DNA from: Acetobacterales bacterium
Lineage (GTDB): Bacteria > Pseudomonadota > Alphaproteobacteria > Acetobacterales > Acetobacteraceae
Assembly: GCA_038229175.1 (NCBI GenBank)
Contig: JBBROR010000001.1
Span: 1-50,337 of the forward strand
Direction: 5' to 3'
Length of the DNA stretch: 50,337 bases
A model generated the notes under the pieces. That model was given only the letters and a program-made list of their open reading frames with translations, did not search any database and was not told where the DNA came from. The position numbers and the translations under genes are program-made. Shown piece by piece: positions 14,293 through 22,262 of this stretch. Numbering within the stretch: the stretch's first letter is position 1; every line of letters begins with the position of its first letter.

Positions 14293-14373
14293 CTGTCCCG
14301 CCGCCCCGCGTTGTTTGTATGTGAAAACACATACACGCGAGGGGCAGACAAACAAACACGGCCCCGGCCGGCG
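14293..14373 (+). repeat. Structured intergenic repeat, copy A of 3
   Basis: ctgtcccgcc..gcgTTGTTTGTaTGTGAAAACACATACACgcgaggggcagACAAACAAACAcggccccggccggcg. Nearly identical to copy C at 41988-42065. Confidence 0.85.
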
Positions 14374-14384
14374 CGCCGACAGCC

Positions 14385-14645
14385 CTAATGCGGCAGCTTG
14401 AACGCGGTAACGCTATGACAAAATGCCAGCTGCGCGCTATCGGCATTCGTCAAGCGGGCCTTGACCTCGACCGCCACGCCGGACTTGCGCAGGGTCGCAA
14501 TGGCCAGCCTGGTCGGCTCATCGGGCGCACCGACAACAAGGATTGACTCGGCCGCGTAGCGGGCCGCAGCGTGCAGAACGATCCGCCCGCTGTAGCTCGC
14601 TCGGCCGGCCTGGTCCAGGTAAATGAGTGACAGCCTCTTTCCCAT
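14385..14645 (-). CDS. Hypothetical protein, 86 aa; last gene of the relaxase-primase operon
   Basis: ORF starts 10 nt after the primase stop. Confidence 0.5.
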   Translation of the reverse strand: MGKRLSLIYLDQAGRASYSGRIVLHAAARYAAESILVVGAPDEPTRLAIATLRKSGVAVEVKARLTNADSAQLAFCHSVTAFKLPH

Positions 14646-14655
14646 GCCTGGCGCC

Positions 14656-17600
14656 TCAGCGTGACAGCTGCTTTTGCTTCTGCTGCTCGGCTTCCTTGTC
14701 GGCGACCTGGCCGCGACCGTTCTTGTATTGAACGGTCACCACCTGGCCAGGCGTCGGCACCTTTTCAAGGTCGCGCACCTGGTGCACCACGGCCGCCCGC
14801 TTGCTGGTCGCTTGCGTCGCGTGGTAGCCCTCTACCCCCAACACCTCCCCGGTATGCCTGGTATTGGGGCCTGGTTGCTTTACTTCCGCGCCCTCCCCCA
14901 GCTGCTGGCGGGCGACGCCGGTGGCACGCTCGCGGCTTTGCTCGACCGCCTGGCCGAGCGCCTTCTCGACCTGGGCCTTGACCGCCGGCAGGCCCTCATG
15001 CACATGCAAGTCGTTGAAATCGGAGAGCTTGCCCGCCACCTTGAACTCCGGGAAGGCGACGCCTACCTGGTGTTTTTGGGCGGCGGCCGTCGCCTTCTCG
15101 ACCCCGACGTTCTGCTGCGCGTGCTTGTCGTTGTCGCCCATGATGAAAATCGGGCTGGTCGGATGGCGCGCCTTGATGGCGCCCACGACCGCATCGAGGT
15201 TGCCAGAGTCGAACGCCACGGCGACCGCCTTGCCGGTCGCCTGGTGCAAGCTGGCGCCGGTCGCGTAACCTTCCGCCACCAGAACCTCGGCGCCTGGCTT
15301 GATTTCGCCGATCAAGTGCATGTTCCCCGACTTGCGGCCGCCCTTCTCGAACATCTTGGCCGCGCCCTCGGCCGGCGGGATCGACTGCACCGACCACAGC
15401 TTGCCGTCCACGTCGCGCACCGGCACGACCAGCTTTTCGCCGTCGAACTTGACGCCGTGGGCCGCTACCTGTTTGCGCGCCAGGTAGGCATTTTCACCAG
15501 CTGGCGGCGCGTCAGGCAAGCGGTCGAACTTCGCGGTCGCCTTCGTGCTGGCCTTCGCATGCTGCTCGGACAGCTCGGCCGCCCGCTGCTGCTTGACGAT
15601 CTGCGCCTGGGCGGCCAGCTGCGCCTGCTCTTCCTGGGACAGCTGCGCCCCGCTCATGGTCCAGTTCTCCTTCGAGCCACTTGCGAAGTTCTGGATATGG
15701 CCGCTCGGCTTGCCATCGAGGTAGCCGACATACGCGCCGTCGCGGTTGCCCGCCTTGCCTTTGGCCACCGGCACGCGCTGCAGCTTACCGTCCATCACCG
15801 GCTCATCCTTCAATTCCAGGCCGGCGGCCTTCAGCGCCTTGGCGAATTCCACTTTCGGATCGAGGTTCTGTTTAAGCTCGGCGTCCTGGGCGACTTCGCG
15901 CTTTGGTAGCCACTTGTCCAGCTTGGCCAGGTCCGCGCCTGGCGGTGCGTACCAGGTCTTCGCCCCCTTGTCCCATTTGGCGCCGGCGTCGCTCGCCTCG
16001 TTCTTGTCGCGGAACGGCACGGCAAGCACGGTGCGCTCGCCGGACTTGTCCGGCGCCGGCCGCTCATCGACCGACCGCACCGGCGCCGGCGCCGGCCGCT
16101 CCTGGTCGGGCTTGGGCAACCACTTGGCCAGCGGCGCCAGGTCGGTCCCAGGCGGCACAAACCACTCCTTGGCCTCCTTGTCCCACTTCGCACCGTGTAC
16201 CTTGGCCGCTTCCTTTTCCTTGAAAGGCACGTCCAGGACGGTCCTGGCGGTCGCCAGGGCGCGATCCGGCTCGACCAGGCTAATCGGCCTGCCCTTGCTC
16301 GGATCGTCGCTCAGAGGGCCGCCGGCTACGACTTCCTGGCCAACGGCCGGCAGCTGGCGGAAATCCATCTTGTGAAGGGCCACGGCCTCTTTCTCGCCGG
16401 TCTGGACGACGAAGTGGTGTTTCGATTCCGCGATCACCACCCCGCGCGCCGGCTGATCGCCATCGACTACGGCGAATCGCTCCACTTCGCCAAGCTTCGC
16501 TTTCACGCGGCCCGCAAGCTGGCTAAAGTCAGGACTACTGAATGCATCGACGCTTTCTCGCACCAGAGCGCCGAATTCCGGCGTATTTCGGTCTGGTACG
16601 TCGTTCGGCCGCAGTGCCGATTCCGGGGCTGTCCTGGCGGTCGCCAGGGCGCGATCCGGCTCGACCAGGCTGATCGGCCTGCCCTTGCTCGGATCGTCGC
16701 TCAGAGGGCCGCCAACGACTATTTCCTGGCCAACGGCGGGCAGCTGGCGGAAATCGAGCTTGTGGAGGGCCACGGCCTCCTTTTCGCCGGTCTGCAGCAC
16801 GAAACTATGCTTTGACTCGGCGATGACAACGCCGCGCACCGGCTCTTCGCTGGCCAGCATGCCGAAGCGGGCGCCCTCGCCCAGCTTCTGCTTCACCTGG
16901 CCTTCGAGCTGGTGATAGTCGCCGCTGTCGTTGCGCTCGGCGATGCTTTGCCGAACCAGGGCGCCGTATGCCGGCGTCCCACGGTCTGGAATGTCGTGCG
17001 GCCGCAGACCCTGGGCGAGCGCCGGCGCCTGGTCCACGTCCCGCGTGCGGTCGCGGTCCAGCTGCAGCACGTAGTCGGTGATCTTTTCCGCGTCCCTGGC
17101 GGCCCGGAAAATCTCGTTCTTGTCCTCTTTGAGGACGCTTACCCAGGATTTGACATACGCGGCATGCTGGCCGGGATCGTGCGGGATGCCCAGCTTGTCG
17201 GCCATGAAGTAGCTCGACAGCTCGGCCCGCAGCTCTTCCTTGGCATATTCGGCGCTACCGAACCCACCACCGAATTCGCGCTTGAGGCGCGATTCGTGGC
17301 CGGTCCAGTGGCCCAGCTCGTGCAACGCGGTCGAGTAGTAGGCCGCCTGGTCGGGAAACTGACCCTTGGGCGGCAAATGGATTTCGTCCCGCGATGGGCT
17401 GTAGAACGCACGATCGTTCTGATCGTGGTGGATTTTGGCGCCGGACGAATCAAGAATTCTTTCGGCGCGCTCGACCGGATTCCAGTCGTGCTTCCTGGGC
17501 GCCTTGTCCAGCTCGGGCACTCCATCCATTTGCTGCGCATTGAAGACAACGGCGCGGAATACTTCCGGCCGCTCAAGCCGGACATTGACCGTCTTCTGCT

Positions 17601-17940
17601 TGCCGTCGTCGCCCAGGATCGGGCGGCCCTTGTCGTCCACCGCAGGCCGCTCTTCGGCCATCTTCCAGTATTCGATGAGCGTGCCCTTCTCACCTTTGCG
17701 CACTTGCCAGCCCTCGGCCGCCGCCTGCTTGTACGTCGCCCATCGAGGATCATTTTTGCCCTGCATGGCCAGGTACAGGGAATTAGCGCCCCGATACTCC
17801 TTTTCCGTGGTCGGATTGTATGGCAAGCGGCCAATCCCTTGCGCTGCATCCCACGGTTTTTGCCAGGGCGCCGTCCCGGCTTCCAGCTGCTCTATCAGCT
17901 TGTCGGTTAGCGCCTGGCGGTAATCGTTTCCTTCGGCCAT
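14656..17940 (-). CDS. Multidomain ArdC-like antirestriction/ssDNA-binding plus zincin domain, two tandem 130-aa repeats, two DUF5710-like repeats, Toprim DNA primase and a C-terminal beta module; 1094 aa
   Basis: AGGAGG SD. ArdC-N motif LIEQLEAGTAPWQKPW. Metalloprotease motif ALHELGHWTGH. Repeats VPFKEKEAAKVHGAKWDKEAKEWFVPPG and VPFRDKNEASDAGAKWDKGAKTWYAPPG. Toprim block VLVAEGYATGASL...IFIMGDNDKH. Confidence 0.85.
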   Translation of the reverse strand: MAEGNDYRQALTDKLIEQLEAGTAPWQKPWDAAQGIGRLPYNPTTEKEYRGANSLYLAMQGKNDPRWATYKQAAAEGWQVRKGEKGTLIEYWKMAEERPAVDDKGRPILGDDGKQKTVNVRLERPEVFRAVVFNAQQMDGVPELDKAPRKHDWNPVERAERILDSSGAKIHHDQNDRAFYSPSRDEIHLPPKGQFPDQAAYYSTALHELGHWTGHESRLKREFGGGFGSAEYAKEELRAELSSYFMADKLGIPHDPGQHAAYVKSWVSVLKEDKNEIFRAARDAEKITDYVLQLDRDRTRDVDQAPALAQGLRPHDIPDRGTPAYGALVRQSIAERNDSGDYHQLEGQVKQKLGEGARFGMLASEEPVRGVVIAESKHSFVLQTGEKEAVALHKLDFRQLPAVGQEIVVGGPLSDDPSKGRPISLVEPDRALATARTAPESALRPNDVPDRNTPEFGALVRESVDAFSSPDFSQLAGRVKAKLGEVERFAVVDGDQPARGVVIAESKHHFVVQTGEKEAVALHKMDFRQLPAVGQEVVAGGPLSDDPSKGRPISLVEPDRALATARTVLDVPFKEKEAAKVHGAKWDKEAKEWFVPPGTDLAPLAKWLPKPDQERPAPAPVRSVDERPAPDKSGERTVLAVPFRDKNEASDAGAKWDKGAKTWYAPPGADLAKLDKWLPKREVAQDAELKQNLDPKVEFAKALKAAGLELKDEPVMDGKLQRVPVAKGKAGNRDGAYVGYLDGKPSGHIQNFASGSKENWTMSGAQLSQEEQAQLAAQAQIVKQQRAAELSEQHAKASTKATAKFDRLPDAPPAGENAYLARKQVAAHGVKFDGEKLVVPVRDVDGKLWSVQSIPPAEGAAKMFEKGGRKSGNMHLIGEIKPGAEVLVAEGYATGASLHQATGKAVAVAFDSGNLDAVVGAIKARHPTSPIFIMGDNDKHAQQNVGVEKATAAAQKHQVGVAFPEFKVAGKLSDFNDLHVHEGLPAVKAQVEKALGQAVEQSRERATGVARQQLGEGAEVKQPGPNTRHTGEVLGVEGYHATQATSKRAAVVHQVRDLEKVPTPGQVVTVQYKNGRGQVADKEAEQQKQKQLSR
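16241..17020. repeat. Intragenic tandem duplication, 2 x 390 bp (130 codons each), inside the primase gene
   Basis: 16241-16323 and 16631-16713 differ at about one base. The remainder of each unit is clearly homologous but diverged. Confidence 0.85.
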
Positions 17941-17949
17941 ACATGCCTC

Positions 17950-18135
17950 CTATTTTTTGGGGAACGTGGACTTGCCGGCCGGCGGGTTCAGCGCCTCGGC
18001 CGGCGTCAAGGCATCGTCGCCCACCGAGGCAAGCGCGTCAGCTTCGGAAAGGGCGTCCTCAACGAACGCCCCCGCCAGCTCGGCCTCGGCCGGCGACAGC
18101 TTGCCGGCCACTTCATCGTCGTCATTGATTTTCAT
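17950..18135 (-). CDS. Small acidic protein, 61 aa
   Basis: AGGAG 7 nt upstream. Asp/Glu/Ala-rich. Confidence 0.55.
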   Translation of the reverse strand: MKINDDDEVAGKLSPAEAELAGAFVEDALSEADALASVGDDALTPAEALNPPAGKSTFPKK

Positions 18136-18147
18136 CGCGTCATGCTC

Positions 18148-18768
18148 CTATTGAACTTGCTGGCCGTCGGTCGGTGGCGGCAGCGGATTGCAGTCGATAT
18201 ACGGAATGCTCACGAGCGCGCCGTACTTGCTGTTATCGACCATATCCTTTTGAATCAGCGACCAGATGAATTGATCGTCATTGTCGTACTCAGCCTTCCA
18301 GGTGCCGAGCGCGACGCGCTTGGGCTTCATGCCGTCCAGTCCAGCGCGACGGGTAGCGACCGTTTGCATCGCGGCGCTTGTGTAGGCCCCATGGCCGGCA
18401 TAGATGCTATAGCCAACGTATGAGCCGGTGGTGCCGTCATTGCTTGGAAACGGCAAGCTGAATGTGATCGAGCCAGGCAGGCCGCCGTCGTAGCGGGCCT
18501 GGAACGGATAGAGGCCGCCCTGGTATGTCGCCCAGCCCGAGGGCGTCATTACCGCCCCGCTCTTCTGATCGGCCGACAGCACGCCAAGCCAGAACAGGCC
18601 AGGCTTGCCGGCGTCGCCGCCAGGTCCATAGCTGATGTTCAGCACCGGCGAATCGCCCGTGTTGTACACGCCTTCGGCCGCACCGCCGCACGACACCCAG
18701 GCATATCCGCCCGCCTGCGCTGCAGCCGTAGCCGCAACCAACAAAACACCCAAGATCATTTTCTTCAT
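18148..18768 (-). CDS. Secreted protein of unknown function, 206 aa from ATG 18768
   Basis: AAGGAG 6 nt upstream. Signal peptide MKKMILGVLLVAATAAAQAGG. Gly/Tyr/Ser-rich and beta-looking. Confidence 0.65.
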   Translation of the reverse strand: MKKMILGVLLVAATAAAQAGGYAWVSCGGAAEGVYNTGDSPVLNISYGPGGDAGKPGLFWLGVLSADQKSGAVMTPSGWATYQGGLYPFQARYDGGLPGSITFSLPFPSNDGTTGSYVGYSIYAGHGAYTSAAMQTVATRRAGLDGMKPKRVALGTWKAEYDNDDQFIWSLIQKDMVDNSKYGALVSIPYIDCNPLPPPTDGQQVQ

Positions 18769-18804
18769 CAAATACTCCTTCAAGTTATGGGAACAACTAG
18801 ACCA

Positions 18805-21800
18805 CTAAAACGCCTTATCCGCCTTGCCTTTTTGGCGTGCTTGTTCGCGCTCCAAATCAGCAAAGCGCCAAGTCGCAAGGCGGCGCTGATTAACATCATC
18901 GTTGTTCTTTTCCACCTTCGCCCGCATGCGGTCGCCGGCTTTCAGAGCAACGTCGTTCGGTGCGGGCTGACGAATGCTTGTCAGCTCGCGCCCGGTATCG
19001 ACAACCACCGTCGTGTAGTTGTCTTCCTTCTTCACCAGCAGGACGCGCCCGCTGATCTGGCGGCCTGGCTGCGCGTCCAGATGGCGCACCGGCTTGCCCA
19101 ATTCCCTCGATAGATCGTCAAGCACTTGATCGACTCCTTTCTGTTGTGCTGCTTCCTGCAGCTCGATACCCTTACGCCAAACATTGGCCCTGACCGTAAA
19201 GCTCGGGTCTTTCGGATCGAGGCCGCGCTGTTGCCATACCTGGGCGCGTTCCTGCAGCGCCGCCTGCAGCGGCGCCGACGTGGCCAGCTGCTCCTGCTGC
19301 AGCATCCAGTCGAGCCGGTTCAATTGCCGCGTCTTGATAGCATTGGCTATGTCCTCGCCCGACTCTGCCCACTCCACATTTTTCCGCCAGACCGTGGCCG
19401 CCTTGCCGAAGTCCGGCGCCTGCACATCGACCCCGCGCTGCTTCCAGACCTCGGCGCGCTCCTGGATGGCCAGCGTGACCGGATGGCCAGGCGGCAGCTG
19501 GATCGGCTTGAGCTGCTGCGCCATCAGGTCCAAACGGTTCGGCCGGGGATCGGCGACCATCGCCGGCAGCTGCTCGGGCTTGACGACCGCCGCCATCGCC
19601 TTCCCCTTGGCGTCAACACCGACGAACAGGCTTGCCTGTTCGGCGACGTACTTGTGCTGCAGGCCCAGCGCTTCGAGCTGCAGCGCCGTCAGCTGCTGCT
19701 TGCGGCCGTAGGTTGGAGCGACCGCAATGCTCTCGCGGCCCTTGGCCAGCACGGTCGCCAGCATCGAGCCTTTGCCGTCGAATTCGACAGTCTTCACGCC
19801 GGCGTCCTCGAAATTGAGCCGGTCGTGCGCGACCGCCGATTTCGGCCGCACCAGGGCGCCTTCGACTTCAACAGCGCCGGCGGCCTGCAGGCGGCCAAGG
19901 CGCGCCGCTGCAGCATCGCGGAACGCGCCGGCTACCGTCTTTTTCAATTCCGCCGGCACGACGACCTTGCCGCCTTTGAGCAGTTCGGCATCGAGCAACG
20001 CGGGCGACAGTGCGCGGCCGTACTGTTCGACCCGTTGCGTGGTGCCGAGAACCTTTCCGTCGCGGTCCTTGCGCTCGACCACTTCCAGGGCGACGTATTC
20101 GCCGGCCTTCAGGCCGCCCTCGCCCCGCAGCTTCTGGACCTTCGGCGACTGGTTCAGGTAATGCACCTTCCCGTCGAGGCCTTCGACCATGATGTAAGGC
20201 CGATTCGTCGCCTCATTAAGGCCGGTCCCGACAACCTTGCCGGCGACGCGCTGGCCCAATTCTTTCAGCTCAGTGACGACAAGCGGCGCGCTCGGATCGG
20301 AAATCATTTCCCGATGCGCGAACTTGGTCTTGAGGCGATCCTGGGATACCTGCATTTGGCGCAGCGCCGTTTCGAGCGCCGGCGACAGGCGCCACGACTT
20401 ATTCCCGGTCTTCTCGGCCAGGCCCATGTCGGACAGCTGCACCAGGCGCCGAATCTGGCGAAGCCTGGTATCGCGGGCCTTCTCGCTACCTGGCGGCTCG
20501 CCCTCGAAGCTCACTTCATTGTTCACGGCCCGCTTCTTCAATGAGCGATCAATCTCGGTGAATCGCTGCTGCGCCACTTGCCGATCCAACGACTCGGCCA
20601 CGTCGCGCTCGGAGCGGTAGCCCAGCTCCTTCGTGGCCAGCTCCTGGGCACGAATGCGCGAACCCTCGGCGATGTATTCCGGCGAGATTTCAAGGCTCTT
20701 GCCCTTGTCGTCCATCCCACGGATGGCGACGTGGGCGTGCGGGTGATCGGTGTTGTAGTGATTGGCCGCGACCCACTCCAACTTCGTGCCCAGGTCTTTC
20801 TCCATTTGCTTCATCAGGTCGCCGACGTGCTTGCGCAAGTCCATGCGGTCGCCGAACTCGGGACTGATAATCAGCTTGAACATACGTTCGTCGCCGCCCT
20901 TCTGCCATGCGTTCAGCGTGGCCGAAATCGCCACGCTATGCCCGCCGCTGCCGTACCCGACGCCGCCGGCGTCTAGTCCGCCAACAGCAACGCGATCCGT
21001 TCCAGGTTTGCCGCCACTTCCCCGTCGCACGCGGTCAGCGTCTTGGGTTCCTCGCTGGACCACGATTTCAGATGCATCACCCTGCAGTAGCAATTCACTC
21101 CGTCCGGCCCGCTGAACCATACCGACGCTGGACAGGCTTCGCAGATCGTTGATGGACTTGGCCGAAGGCGGGCTGCCAACCGCTGCAGCGTAGGACTGAC
21201 GTAAGGCGGAAACTCGCCCTCGGTCGTTGAGGTCGGGAGCGGCGCCGTATCGGTCGGCGATGCTATCGCCGGCGCCGGTGCCGGTGTCGCGGTCGCCGGC
21301 GGTGTATCGGTCGGGTTCAGCAATGTCGGATCGCTCATGGTCAATATCCTTTCTCTGTGATTTGATAGACGGGTCGGCCAGCTCGCGGCCGACCTCAATT
21401 TCTGCAAGCAGTTCGGGGCGCTTGTTCAGCTCTTTTTCCTGGGACGATTCGCGCTCGATGTACTTGCCGTGCGCGCCCCACTGGCCATCCCCTTGATTCT
21501 TCGAGTACACCCAGCGGACAGAAACGCGCTGCAGCGGCTTGGCCGCAGTCGCGCCGGCGCCACGCACCCCGCCGGTATTGCCGAGGCGGCCAGCCGCCGA
21601 TCCGGCGGCCGAGCTGCCCCGCTGGCGACTGGACACGCCAGTGCGCCCGCCGCCCCCACCGGACGACGAGCGCAGCATTTGCTTGACCTTCTTGAACGCC
21701 GTGGAAATTTGCTTATCTTTCAAGCTTCCACGGCCGGGGAGTTTCAGCGCGAGGCGAATGTCTTCGCTCTCACGCTCGCCCCCCTTCCCTTTGCCGAATA

Positions 21801-21807
21801 TTCCCAT
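18805..21807 (-). CDS. Conjugative relaxase, VirD2/MOBP-like, 1000 aa
   Basis: Motif I region RVSVRWVYSKNQGDGQWGAHGKYIERE. Motif III HYNTDHPHAHVAIRG preceded by DERMFKLIISPE. Long C-terminal extension. Confidence 0.9.
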   Translation of the reverse strand: MGIFGKGKGGERESEDIRLALKLPGRGSLKDKQISTAFKKVKQMLRSSSGGGGGRTGVSSRQRGSSAAGSAAGRLGNTGGVRGAGATAAKPLQRVSVRWVYSKNQGDGQWGAHGKYIERESSQEKELNKRPELLAEIEVGRELADPSIKSQRKDIDHERSDIAEPDRYTAGDRDTGTGAGDSIADRYGAAPDLNDRGRVSALRQSYAAAVGSPPSAKSINDLRSLSSVGMVQRAGRSELLLQGDASEIVVQRGTQDADRVRRGSGGKPGTDRVAVGGLDAGGVGYGSGGHSVAISATLNAWQKGGDERMFKLIISPEFGDRMDLRKHVGDLMKQMEKDLGTKLEWVAANHYNTDHPHAHVAIRGMDDKGKSLEISPEYIAEGSRIRAQELATKELGYRSERDVAESLDRQVAQQRFTEIDRSLKKRAVNNEVSFEGEPPGSEKARDTRLRQIRRLVQLSDMGLAEKTGNKSWRLSPALETALRQMQVSQDRLKTKFAHREMISDPSAPLVVTELKELGQRVAGKVVGTGLNEATNRPYIMVEGLDGKVHYLNQSPKVQKLRGEGGLKAGEYVALEVVERKDRDGKVLGTTQRVEQYGRALSPALLDAELLKGGKVVVPAELKKTVAGAFRDAAAARLGRLQAAGAVEVEGALVRPKSAVAHDRLNFEDAGVKTVEFDGKGSMLATVLAKGRESIAVAPTYGRKQQLTALQLEALGLQHKYVAEQASLFVGVDAKGKAMAAVVKPEQLPAMVADPRPNRLDLMAQQLKPIQLPPGHPVTLAIQERAEVWKQRGVDVQAPDFGKAATVWRKNVEWAESGEDIANAIKTRQLNRLDWMLQQEQLATSAPLQAALQERAQVWQQRGLDPKDPSFTVRANVWRKGIELQEAAQQKGVDQVLDDLSRELGKPVRHLDAQPGRQISGRVLLVKKEDNYTTVVVDTGRELTSIRQPAPNDVALKAGDRMRAKVEKNNDDVNQRRLATWRFADLEREQARQKGKADKAF
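20973..21338 (-). CDS. Candidate overlapping gene nested in an alternative frame of the relaxase gene; 121 aa, Pro/Thr-rich N half and Cys-rich C half
   Basis: AAGGA 8 nt upstream of ATG 21338. Third-position G/C is higher in this frame than in the relaxase frame over the same nucleotides (hand count). Motif ICEACPASVWFSGPDGVNCYCRVMHLKSW...TACDG. Confidence 0.45.
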   Translation of the reverse strand: MSDPTLLNPTDTPPATATPAPAPAIASPTDTAPLPTSTTEGEFPPYVSPTLQRLAARLRPSPSTICEACPASVWFSGPDGVNCYCRVMHLKSWSSEEPKTLTACDGEVAANLERIALLLAD

Positions 21808-21982
21808 GCACTCACCCCGATGTATTGCGTAAATTATACTCCAAGAAAGACGATTAAAAGCGCTATTTCATAGTGCGTTGCCATGCAATTGATGGGCGTC
21901 GAGGTCGCTAAAAAAAGCAATTTGCGTCATCCTGAAACATGATATATTGAGCGCCTGAATCACCAACTAAGGAGTATCCGCA
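21808..21982 (+). other. Candidate oriT region, with an ATCCTG nic-core-like hexamer at 21929-21934, in the divergent intergenic region next to the relaxase gene
   Basis: gcgtcATCCTGaaac resembles the IncP/Ti-border nick core YATCCTG|Y. AT-rich context. Position immediately upstream of the relaxase operon. Confidence 0.4.
21822..21839 (-). promoter_or_regulatory. 18-nt box variant (GTATAATTTACGCAATAC in gene direction) 14 nt upstream of the relaxase ATG
   Basis: 14/18 match to the traG and trbK-position boxes, in the same orientation relative to the gene. Confidence 0.45.
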
Positions 21983-22249
21983 ATGAGCAGTATCAAGCAT
22001 GACCAGCTGAAAATGCTGGCCGCGAACAGCGGCGTCAAAGGGGTAACGATAGTCGGCGATCCTTCCGGTTTCTGTGTCAATGTTACAACATTGAGCGGCG
22101 ATAAACTGTTATTTACCAAGACTGGCCAGGCGCGCTTCTTCAAGAAAATGGAAACGCTCCTTGACTACCTCAAGAACGAAATTGGTATTGGCAAGGCGAC
22201 GATCCAGTTCGACCGCTGGAACCCTGCACAGCAAGTTCTCAAACACTGA
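21983..22249 (+). CDS. Hypothetical protein, 88 aa; first gene downstream of the putative nic site and upstream of repA
   Basis: Strong SD (TAAGGAG). Lower GC than the backbone. Confidence 0.65.
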   Translation: MSSIKHDQLKMLAANSGVKGVTIVGDPSGFCVNVTTLSGDKLLFTKTGQARFFKKMETLLDYLKNEIGIGKATIQFDRWNPAQQVLKH

Positions 22250-22262
22250 GAGGAAACAAGGC

